Shown one piece after another: positions 48,357 through 58,518 of a DNA stretch of 64,000 nucleotides. Source of the stretch: Phycisphaerales bacterium Planc_01 (GTDB taxonomy: Bacteria; Planctomycetota; Phycisphaerae; Sedimentisphaerales; Anaerobacaceae). The first letter of the stretch is position 1, and each line of letters starts with the position of its first letter. The notes under the pieces are model-generated. The model was not told where the DNA came from and ran no database searches. It worked only from the letters and a program-made list of their open reading frames with translations. The stretch is taken from positions 39,108 through 103,107 of the forward strand of contig LVBB01000080.1 in NCBI GenBank assembly GCA_001603075.1, in the 5' to 3' direction. The translations under genes and the position numbers were made by a program.

Positions 48357-49024
48357 ACCCTCTGACCTCCTTTCCGGGGCCCATCCGGACGGTCGTCGCG
48401 ACGGTCGTCCGTCTCGGGCGAGCCCTCCAATATCTCTTTCAGGCGTTTGCGGGCGTAATACAGGCGGCTGGTCACCGTCCCCCGATTGCAGAACAGCACC
48501 CGCGCCATCTCGTCGTACGAGAGCTGGCGGAAGTGCCGCAACACGATCACCTCACGGTGCTTTTCGTCCAGTCGGCTGATCGCACGCCAGACGCGGTCCT
48601 TCGATTCGTTTCTCTCGGCCACCATCTCGGGATCGAACGCATCGGCCGGTCCGAACTGAGGGGGCTCGCCGTCCAGCTCGTCGAGGCTCTCGGCCCGCCG
48701 CAGCCGGCGCTTGCGCAGGTGGCTGAAACACAGGTTCCGCAGTATCTGGTAGAACCACGGGAAGAATCGCTCCTGGTCGTTGAGCTGGTCAAAATGCTTG
48801 TAGGCCCTATAAAACGCCTCTTGTGAGAGTTCCAGTGCGTCTTCGCGATTGCCGACGAGCCCCAGCGCGATGAAGTAGGCGTCCTTCATATGCGTCCGGA
48901 CGACGGCCTCGAACGCCTCGCGCGGGCTCCGGTACGAGCCCCATGCCACAGCGGTGTCCTGTTCGCATAGACTGTCCAACGTACGGCCACTCCCGGCCCC
49001 CCGAAATCCACTTTCGACCGTCAT
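48353..49024 (-). CDS. ECF sigma factor (SigW-like); start uncertain
   Basis: DA..LSQEAF.RAY, F.PW.YQI.RNLC, LD.KHREV.VLR.F..LSY.E.A..L....GTV.SRL..AR. Confidence 0.93.
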   Translation of the reverse strand: MTVESGFRGAGSGRTLDSLCEQDTAVAWGSYRSPREAFEAVVRTHMKDAYFIALGLVGNREDALELSQEAFYRAYKHFDQLNDQERFFPWFYQILRNLCFSHLRKRRLRRAESLDELDGEPPQFGPADAFDPEMVAERNESKDRVWRAISRLDEKHREVIVLRHFRQLSYDEMARVLFCNRGTVTSRLYYARKRLKEILEGSPETDDRRDDRPDGPRKGGQRV

Positions 49025-49212
49025 TCTGGTCTCTGTGTATATTGACTTCGGAAAGAGCCCGTTTCTTCAAGCAAAATGTTGGAAAATTGCGGGCGTCACC
49101 TTCTCGTGGTGGGCTGGCGGGGCAGACCCTTCCCAGAACCTCCGGACGCAGGTACGATAGGCTCGCATGCAGTTGCCCATGGTCCCGGACAGTCTCAGGG
49201 ACGGCGCGACGT

Positions 49213-51408
<2,196 letters not shown>

Positions 51409-51440
51409 CGTTCGCTTCGGCTGCCCGGCTACGTTCCGCG

Positions 51441-53024
51441 TCAGTTGTCGAGAATCTCCTCGGCGCGCCCTTCATCCACGTCCATGACGTAGCGAAGATC
51501 GGTGATCGCCGCCGCTTCGGTCGTCAGTGCCGCGAGGTCGTCGCGGGACATGTACTCCAGCGAGAACTTCCGGCAGCCGGCCATCAGTTGGCGCAGGCCC
51601 TGGGCCAGTCGTTCATAGTATGTGTACAGGCCGATGGCCCCTGTGGGGATATCGTCGAAGTCTCCGTTGCCCAGTTCCTCGCGCAGCTCGGCGGCGGTGA
51701 CGAAGATCTCGTCTCTCGTCGAGCCGAACCGCTCGACGTAGACCGGGAGTTGATGGGCGTCGATGGCCCGACCGATGGTCTTGCCCACCATGGCCGCGGC
51801 CACGGGGGCGCGGGCCATGCCGATCAGCTTGACGTAGGGGGCGCCCAACGCCAGACCCTTGAAAATCAGGTCCTCGAAGGTGAATCCGCCCCCGACGGCG
51901 ATTGCCGGCAGGTGACGGTTGCGGTCCGCCAGTCGTTTGGCATACCGGTACAGCAGCGAATGCAGGTGCAGTGGCGGCACGCCCCACTCGTTCATCATCC
52001 GCCACGGGCTCATGCCGGTCCCGCCCGAGGCGCCGTCCACAGTGAGCAGATCGAGCTTGCACTTGGAGGCGAAGCTCAGCGCCCGCGCCAGGTCGGCCGG
52101 GCGATAGGCGCCGGTCTTCAGGAAGATGTACTTGGCCCCGGCGCGGCGCAGCTCTTCGACCCGCTGGGCGAACGATTCCTCCGACACCATGCCGACGCGC
52201 GAATGCCGCTCGAACTCCTTGAAGTTGCCGTGCTGGAATGCCTCGATGACCGCCGGGCTCGTCGGGTTCGGCAGTACGATGTACCCTCGCTCGTGCAGGA
52301 GCTGCGCCTTCTTGAGGTCTCTGATTTTGACCTCGCCACCGATGTTCTTGGCGCCCTGTCCCCACTTCATCTCGACGCACTCGACGCCGAGTTCGCCGAT
52401 CGCGTACTCCTGGACGCCCAGACGGGTGTCCTCGACGTTCGCCTGGACGATGATCGCGCCGTAGCCGTGGCGCTGGTGGTCGCGGTACAGCTTCACGCGC
52501 CTCTTGAGGTCGACGGTGTCGAGCACCCGGCCGTTCTGGATATCCGCCTGCGGGTCCATGCCGGCGACGTTCTCTCCGATGGTCAGTCCCGTTCCCGCCA
52601 GGGCCGATCCGATGGCCAGGCCTTCCCAGTTGTTCTTGGCGATGTCGGTGGACCCGATGCCGGAGATCAGCCAGGGGTAGCGGAACTTGATGCCCTTGTC
52701 GTGGCCGAACCGGACTTCCAGATTCACGGCGGGGAAGATCGCCTTGTCGCTGTCCGGCTCGATCCCGTGGGCGCCGACGCACGTGCCCATGATGTTCAAG
52801 TGCGAATAGTCCACCGGGTAGACCTTCTCCGAAGCGGTCGTGATCACGCCGAACGGCTGCGGATAGATCACCTCGTGGCCGCGATAGGCGGACTTGCCGA
52901 TCTCACACATGCCGATGCAGCCGTCCACGCAGGTCACACACATGCCGGAGGTGGGCGTCACGGAGCCTTCGGTTCGGTTCTTCGTAAGGGTGGCGGCGGA
53001 CGAATTCACTCTCGAAAGGGACAT
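51441..53024 (-). CDS. Stand-alone FMN-binding glutamate synthase-family protein (GltB FMN domain only)
   Basis: EMKWGQGAK, LKTGAY, VDGASGGTG, GGGF motifs; N-terminal CxxCxxxCxxxC; no amidotransferase domain. Confidence 0.88.
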   Translation of the reverse strand: MSLSRVNSSAATLTKNRTEGSVTPTSGMCVTCVDGCIGMCEIGKSAYRGHEVIYPQPFGVITTASEKVYPVDYSHLNIMGTCVGAHGIEPDSDKAIFPAVNLEVRFGHDKGIKFRYPWLISGIGSTDIAKNNWEGLAIGSALAGTGLTIGENVAGMDPQADIQNGRVLDTVDLKRRVKLYRDHQRHGYGAIIVQANVEDTRLGVQEYAIGELGVECVEMKWGQGAKNIGGEVKIRDLKKAQLLHERGYIVLPNPTSPAVIEAFQHGNFKEFERHSRVGMVSEESFAQRVEELRRAGAKYIFLKTGAYRPADLARALSFASKCKLDLLTVDGASGGTGMSPWRMMNEWGVPPLHLHSLLYRYAKRLADRNRHLPAIAVGGGFTFEDLIFKGLALGAPYVKLIGMARAPVAAAMVGKTIGRAIDAHQLPVYVERFGSTRDEIFVTAAELREELGNGDFDDIPTGAIGLYTYYERLAQGLRQLMAGCRKFSLEYMSRDDLAALTTEAAAITDLRYVMDVDEGRAEEILDN

Positions 53025-53048
53025 CGCAGGGTACCTCCTTGGGTTCCT

Positions 53049-53726
53049 CTATGGTTTCTTGATCTCACAGGCGACGCATGGGTCCATGTAGCACATCATG
53101 TCGTCGAACGAGTCTTTCTGCAGGCAGGGCGGACTGAGGTTGGCGCACCCGCCGCAAATCGCCTTCTCCGGCTGCGTATACGTGCACCGCAGCGAACAGG
53201 CCGGACAGACGTAAATGCACCCTCCGCATTGGCGACACACCTCCGACGGCACGTCGAACGGCGTGCCGATGCTCCGCTTCTCTCCGCGCCCCCGGAAGCC
53301 GATCGCTTTGGCCATCATCTGCTCTTCGCACATGCGCACGCATCGACCGCACAGAATGCAGTCGCTGTATTCCTGTCGGAACCGCTGCTGCGTGATCTCG
53401 TGTTTCGACGCCAGGTCCTGAATCTCCTTCGATTGCGGACAGGAGGCCAGCAACAGCTCGAGGATCATCTTGCGCGCCCGCATCACGCGCAAGGAAGCGG
53501 TTCGCACCTTCAGTCCAGGTTCGGCCGGATAGGTGCACGAGGAGACGAGCTTCGCCCCGGGGCCTTCTCCGATCTCCACGACGCAGAGCCGACAGGCCCC
53601 ATAGGGCGTCAGGCCCTCCATATGACAGAGTGTAGGGATGGGAAAGCCGAGGAACTGGGCCGCCTCGAGAACGGTTGTCCCTTTCTCCACGGAGACATCC
53701 AATCCGTTGATCGTAAGGGTGATCAT
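53049..53726 (-). CDS. NuoG/HoxU-like Fe-S subunit (2Fe-2S + 2x4Fe-4S) with Cys-rich tail
   Basis: IPTLCH...GACRLCVVE...SC, CILCGRCVRMC, CRQCGGCIYVCP. Confidence 0.88.
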   Translation of the reverse strand: MITLTINGLDVSVEKGTTVLEAAQFLGFPIPTLCHMEGLTPYGACRLCVVEIGEGPGAKLVSSCTYPAEPGLKVRTASLRVMRARKMILELLLASCPQSKEIQDLASKHEITQQRFRQEYSDCILCGRCVRMCEEQMMAKAIGFRGRGEKRSIGTPFDVPSEVCRQCGGCIYVCPACSLRCTYTQPEKAICGGCANLSPPCLQKDSFDDMMCYMDPCVACEIKKP

Positions 53727-56700
53727 GCGTATTCTTCTCCGACGGCGGCCGATTGTCCGCAGACCGGCTGTCGTTCCTGCGTAAAGGCCAGATCGCACCG
53801 GAGACACCGTCGCGCCTCCGCTCGGGCCTGTTCGGCGGACAGGGGCTTCTCGATTTCGCGGAAGTTCTTCTTTCGTTTCTCGACAGGTAGTACCGGAGGC
53901 ACCGCTCTTGTGGTGTTTTCGAGATCCTCCTCGTCGACGTCCGCAGGCTCCAGAAAGACGGTCGGCAGTTTCGCTTCGGCCGGTTCCACCAGCGGCTCGC
54001 CTCGCAGGTACCGGTCGATCACGTCCGCCACCTTCTTGCCGGCCGCGATGGCGTCGATGACCGTGTTCGGGCCGGTCACCAGATCGCCGCCGGCAAAAAC
54101 GCCCTCGACCGAGGTAGCCAGTGTCTTGGGATCGACCTTGACCCGTCCGGACTTGTCGGTCGCCAGACCCATCGCGGCCAGAGGGGCGCTTTGCGGCCGC
54201 TCGCCGATCGCGACGATCAGCGTGTCGAACTGGAGCGTGAACTCGGTTCCCGGAACGGGGACGGGGCGGCGCCGACCGCTGGCATCCAGATCGCCGAGAC
54301 GGTTGCGGATGCACTCGATGCCCACCAGACGGCCCTCCCGCGAGCAGATCCGGATCGGAGAGACCAGGGTCTCCAGCTCCACGCCTTCGCGAAGAGCCGT
54401 CTCGATCTCCTCCTGGCGCACGCGAATCTTCACAGGAGAGACCAGGGTCTCGATCGTCACCCCTTCCTCCAGTGCGGCCTCGACCTCTTCTTCATAGGCG
54501 GGCATCTCGCCGCGCGTGCGTCGATACAGCAGCGTCACGCTGGTGACGTCTTTCTGACGCAGAGCGACCCTCGCGGCATCGACCGCCGAATTGCCGCCGC
54601 CGATGATGCCGACGTGCCCGCTCGCCAGCTCCTCGCCTCGCAGGTTGAACGCCTTGAGGAACTGCATGGACGGATACACGCCCGCCAGGTCCTCTCCCTT
54701 GAGGTCGAGCCGCCAGCTCTCGTGCGCGCCGATCGCCAGGAACACCGCGTCGAACCCCTCGGCAGACAACCCCTCGAGGGTAACCTCCTGGCCGAAGACG
54801 ACGCCGTGCCGTACGGTGATGTTCTCGTTCATCAGCGTTGCGACTTCTGCGCGGACGATCTCTCTCGGCAGCCGGTAGGCGGGCAGCGAGCAGGCAAGCA
54901 TCCCTCCGGATTCCTGCTCGGCCTCGAGGACGGTGACCTTGTGGCCGAGAAGCGACAGACCATGTGCGGCGGCAAGACCGGCCGGCCCGGCGCCGACCAC
55001 CGCGATCTTCCTCGCCTGTCCGTTCGTGGAGCGGACCTCCGGCCGATACACCGCAGGGTCCACGCGGTCGGTGATGAACCGCTTCAAGGCGCGAATGGCG
55101 ACGGACTCCCCTCCGCCGACGCCCAGACTGCAGCGACTCTCGCACTTGCGGTCGCAGACGCGGGCGCTGACGGCGGGGAAGGGATTGGCCTGGCGGATGA
55201 TCCGGTAGGCCTCGTCGTACTGTCCCTTCTCGATGAGCGCCACATAGCGCCACGGCTCCGTATCGACCGGGCAAGCGGCCTGGCAGGGCGCGCCGACCAG
55301 ATTCTTGCAGACGTAGGCATCGCATCGTTTTTCTTCGACGTGTCGGCGATATTCCTCGCGAAAGTACTTGAGCGTGCTCAACACCGGGTTGGAGGCGGAC
55401 TGGCCCAACCCGCACATCGTCGTGTCCTTCACGACCAGAGCCAGTTCCTCCAGCAGGTCGATGTGCTCGGGCGTTCCTTTCCCAAGTGTGATGTCCTCAA
55501 GAATCTCGTACATCCGCTGCGTGCCTTTGCGGCAGGTGAAACACTTGCCGCAGGATTCGTCCTTGAGGAAGTTCATGAAGTACCGGGCGACATCCACCAT
55601 GCAGGTGTTCTCGTCCATCACGATCATGCCGCCGGAGCCCATGATCGAGCCCGCTTTGGTCAGACTGTCGTAGCTGATCGGCAGATCGAACAGCGACGCC
55701 GGGATGCACCCGCCCGAGGGGCCGCCTGTCTGCACCGCCTTGATCCGAGTTTTGCCGGCCGGACCTCCGCCGATCTCGTGGACCACCTCCTTGAGCGGCA
55801 TGCCCAGAGGGACCTCGACGAGTCCGGTGTTCCGGATCTTCCCCACCAGAGAGAAGATCTTGGTCCCCGTGTTGCCCTCAACGCCGATTCCCGCAAAGGC
55901 GTCGGCGCCGTGGCGAATGATGAACGGGATGTTGGCCAGCGTCTCGACATTGTTGATGCAGGTCGGCGCGCCGAAGATGCCCTTGGCGATGGGATACGGC
56001 GGTCGCTGTCGCGGCTCGCCCATGCGGCCTTCGATGGAGCGGATCAGGGCCGTCTCCTCGCCGCAAACGAAGGCGCCCGCCCCTTGCACGATGTCGATAT
56101 CGAATCGAGTGCCGGACCCGAGAATGTCCTCGCCCAGCAGGCCCATGTCACGCGCCTGGCGCAACGCGATCTGCGCGTGTTTGATCGCCAGGGGATACTC
56201 GCTGCGGACGTAGATGACGCCGTGCGTGGCGCCGATGGCGACGGCGGCAATGGTCAAACCCTCGAGGATCGCGTGCGGGTTGCCCTCCAGGAGACTGCGG
56301 TCCATGTAGGCGCCCGGGTCGCCCTCGTCCGCGTTGCACACGACGAACTTCTTACCGCCGACGGCGCGCGCGTTTCGGGCCAGTTCCCACTTCTTGCCCG
56401 TGGGGAAGCCGGCGCCGCCGCGGCCGCGCAGGCCGGAGATCTTGATCTGCTCGATAACCCACCCCGCGTCGGAACGGGACAACGCCTGGACAAGCGCGCT
56501 GTAGCCGCCCTGGGCGATGTAGTCCTCTATGCGGGTGGGGTCCACCTTCTCATTTCCACTCAACACCCCGCGGGCCTGTCTGGCGAAGAAGTCGATCTGA
56601 TCCTGTGTGGCAACGCAGGGTCCACCCATGGGGCCTGGCGGCAGCAGGCTCTCAATGACCTCATCGAGGGCGGCCGCCCGAACGATGCGTTCCACGTCGT

Positions 56701-56977
56701 CGGGATTGACTTTGGGGTAAAACGTTCGCCTGGGCTCCACGAGGATCGATGGCTCCATCTGACAGAACCCGTGACAGCCCGTGACGCGCAGGGCGACCCG
56801 GCCGGCCAGGTCGTTGGCCAGAATGGCACGCTGGGCCTCGCGGATGAGTTCGGCGGCGCCGCTGGCGATCCCGCAGGTGCCCGCCGGGATGACAATCGTC
56901 GTGGTGTTTGGATCGGCTTGCGCTCTCAGACGGTCGTGCAGAGCCTTGAAGTCATCGAAGCAGGTCAGCGTCTTCAT
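53723..56977 (-). CDS. NuoF/HydB-like NADH:FMN subunit fused to GltD/NfnB-like FAD/NADPH oxidoreductase
   Basis: GLRGRGGAGFPTG, NADEGDPGAYMDR, FVCGEETAL, GGPSGG, SCGKC.TCR, then APCQAACP, VGAGPAGL, GGGNSA, YRRT, FAGGD, EARRCLRC. Confidence 0.93.
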   Translation of the reverse strand: MKTLTCFDDFKALHDRLRAQADPNTTTIVIPAGTCGIASGAAELIREAQRAILANDLAGRVALRVTGCHGFCQMEPSILVEPRRTFYPKVNPDDVERIVRAAALDEVIESLLPPGPMGGPCVATQDQIDFFARQARGVLSGNEKVDPTRIEDYIAQGGYSALVQALSRSDAGWVIEQIKISGLRGRGGAGFPTGKKWELARNARAVGGKKFVVCNADEGDPGAYMDRSLLEGNPHAILEGLTIAAVAIGATHGVIYVRSEYPLAIKHAQIALRQARDMGLLGEDILGSGTRFDIDIVQGAGAFVCGEETALIRSIEGRMGEPRQRPPYPIAKGIFGAPTCINNVETLANIPFIIRHGADAFAGIGVEGNTGTKIFSLVGKIRNTGLVEVPLGMPLKEVVHEIGGGPAGKTRIKAVQTGGPSGGCIPASLFDLPISYDSLTKAGSIMGSGGMIVMDENTCMVDVARYFMNFLKDESCGKCFTCRKGTQRMYEILEDITLGKGTPEHIDLLEELALVVKDTTMCGLGQSASNPVLSTLKYFREEYRRHVEEKRCDAYVCKNLVGAPCQAACPVDTEPWRYVALIEKGQYDEAYRIIRQANPFPAVSARVCDRKCESRCSLGVGGGESVAIRALKRFITDRVDPAVYRPEVRSTNGQARKIAVVGAGPAGLAAAHGLSLLGHKVTVLEAEQESGGMLACSLPAYRLPREIVRAEVATLMNENITVRHGVVFGQEVTLEGLSAEGFDAVFLAIGAHESWRLDLKGEDLAGVYPSMQFLKAFNLRGEELASGHVGIIGGGNSAVDAARVALRQKDVTSVTLLYRRTRGEMPAYEEEVEAALEEGVTIETLVSPVKIRVRQEEIETALREGVELETLVSPIRICSREGRLVGIECIRNRLGDLDASGRRRPVPVPGTEFTLQFDTLIVAIGERPQSAPLAAMGLATDKSGRVKVDPKTLATSVEGVFAGGDLVTGPNTVIDAIAAGKKVADVIDRYLRGEPLVEPAEAKLPTVFLEPADVDEEDLENTTRAVPPVLPVEKRKKNFREIEKPLSAEQARAEARRCLRCDLAFTQERQPVCGQSAAVGEEYA
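54338..54493 (-). repeat. In-frame 78-bp (26-aa) tandem duplication inside the GltD-like domain
   Basis: EEEVEAALEEGVTIETLVSPVKIRVR / QEEIETALREGVELETLVSPIRICSR; identical 17-mer GGAGAGACCAGGGTCTC at 54357 and 54435. Confidence 0.9.
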
Positions 56978-56999
56978 GGATCATTCCTGATACGGCCGC

Positions 57000-57848
57000 T
57001 CAATCCGCTTCGGCCGGCGTGGTCTCCAGGTTCAGTCTGCGTCCAGCGCAACCCCGGCGCGTGCAGACCATGAGAGTGGCGCCCTTGTCGATCGTCATCC
57101 GGGCCATGTCCGCTCCACATTCCGAACAGCGCGAGTCCCCGACCAGGTCCTGCCCGCACATCGGGCAGGCAAGGACGGTGATCGAATGCGCAGGAGTCTC
57201 CCGCTCGCAGACCGATCGGAGACTGCCGTGGAGGGAGGACAGATACAGGGGCTGACTGTCCCCGTCCCAGGACATCGTCAGTCGAATCGACGGGACGTTG
57301 TCGATGGGATGTGCCGCGTCCATGAGGCTCTGTCGGCAGTGCGGACATCGGACGGACAGCGGAAAGCGACGGTTCTCGCGGGGCTGATCCAGACCTTCAC
57401 GGGTCCGTTTCAGGATCTCCGCGACCTGATTCTTTCTGACGTTCGAGTAATAGCGCCCGTCCACCACGACGATCGGTCCGAGGGCACAGGCGCCCAGGCA
57501 GTTCACCGTTTCGAGCGTGAACTCCTTGTCGGGCGTCGTCTCTCCGGAGGCGATGCCGAGCTGGCCGATGAATTCCTCAGCGATCTTCGGAGCGCCGCGC
57601 ACGTGACATGCGGTGCCGAGACATACCGAGACGAGGTGCTTGCCTCGGGGTTTCAGGCTGAAGGCCTTGTAGAACGTGACGACGGCATAGATGTCGGTCA
57701 GAGACTCACCGGTCGCCGCGGCCATGCGCCGCAGGGCGTCCTCCGGAAGATATCCATACTCCGACTGGATCGCGGTGAGAATGGACAGCATGCCCCCCAG
57801 GGAGCCATGGTGCTCCGCGACGATCGTCTCCACAGTCCGGTCATCCAT
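57000..57848 (-). CDS. NuoE/HydC-like 2Fe-2S subunit with C-terminal zinc-ribbon-like extension
   Basis: IQ..YGYLP, VCLGTACHVRG, VNCLGACALGP; tail CPHC...CPMC...CSEC...CTRRGC. Confidence 0.9.
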   Translation of the reverse strand: MDDRTVETIVAEHHGSLGGMLSILTAIQSEYGYLPEDALRRMAAATGESLTDIYAVVTFYKAFSLKPRGKHLVSVCLGTACHVRGAPKIAEEFIGQLGIASGETTPDKEFTLETVNCLGACALGPIVVVDGRYYSNVRKNQVAEILKRTREGLDQPRENRRFPLSVRCPHCRQSLMDAAHPIDNVPSIRLTMSWDGDSQPLYLSSLHGSLRSVCERETPAHSITVLACPMCGQDLVGDSRCSECGADMARMTIDKGATLMVCTRRGCAGRRLNLETTPAEAD

Positions 57849-57899
57849 TGGAACCTCGTGTCGATGGGCCGTGTCCACTCGGAGGACGCCGAGATGGCC

Positions 57900-58175
57900 T
57901 CAGCAGTAATCCTCACAATGCCACACCCCGCCCGGCGAATCCTGCAGAGTGCAGCCGTCCCGATTCTTGCAGTTGCAGCACAGTCCCATCGCGATGTCGA
58001 GGTTCGGTTCTTCCTCCTCGATGACCGACACCGGCGGGTGCGCCAGTTCGAGCGACGTCGCGTCATCGAATTCTTCACAGAACAGGACGGGCAGTTTGAT
58101 GCCTTTGCGTCGAGTGCATATAGACTTGCCGTTGCACGTCGAGCAGAGCCCCAGGGATTGTTCTACGAGCGCCAT
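57900..58175 (-). CDS. Small Cys-rich protein with two internal repeats
   Basis: RBS GGGAGG; GLCSTC-x5-C...CEEF and GLCCNC-x5-C...CEDY; first gene after the sigma54 promoter. Confidence 0.75.
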   Translation of the reverse strand: MALVEQSLGLCSTCNGKSICTRRKGIKLPVLFCEEFDDATSLELAHPPVSVIEEEEPNLDIAMGLCCNCKNRDGCTLQDSPGGVWHCEDYC

Positions 58176-58262
58176 CGCGTCAACCTCCCTTTCTTTCTGC
58201 ACTTGCCGGTATGACCCACGCAACTGCTCCGAGTCGTTGCCGACATGGACAACTGTTGCATA

Positions 58263-58278
58263 AGCAATGAATGTGCCA
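58263..58278 (-). promoter_or_regulatory. sigma54 (-24/-12) promoter
   Basis: Minus strand TGGCAC-ATTCA-TTGCT, an exact consensus match. Confidence 0.88.
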
Positions 58279-58318
58279 TTACCTGAATAATCCCGCATTT
58301 ATTTCGGGTGTTTGCCGC

Positions 58319-58331
58319 TAAGTGCTTATTT
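58319..58331 (-). promoter_or_regulatory. IHF-like site
   Basis: Minus strand AAATAAGCACTTA versus WATCAANNNNTTR (2 mismatches), about 40 bp upstream of -24. Confidence 0.4.
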
Positions 58332-58412
58332 TGGAGTGCCTTGCGAAATTCGGTGTTCCGGGTTGCCAGAGGCAGGTATCCAGTATGCGTGTACCGGATC
58401 GGGGGAACGGGG

Positions 58413-58447
58413 CGGGGAGAATTGGGCCGCTGGGGAGAGTCTCCCCA
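58413..58447. promoter_or_regulatory. Putative enhancer (UAS) for the NtrC-family activator
   Basis: Perfect palindrome TGGGGAGA-G-TCTCCCCA (58431-58447) plus degenerate CGGGGAGA-A-TTGGGCCG (58413-58429), about 135-170 bp upstream of -24; no U-tract. Confidence 0.5.
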
Positions 58448-58518
58448 CAGGACCCATCGGTCTGCGGTCGCACGGGAACGTCCCAGGCACCTGCCCCGAT
58501 AGGAGCGGGATTCCGTCC

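Noticed and set aside
49040-49075. Possible ECF autoregulatory promoter GAAAC...GTCAAT on the minus strand
   Set aside because: Spacing from AAC to GTC is 14 bp, too short for typical ECF promoters.
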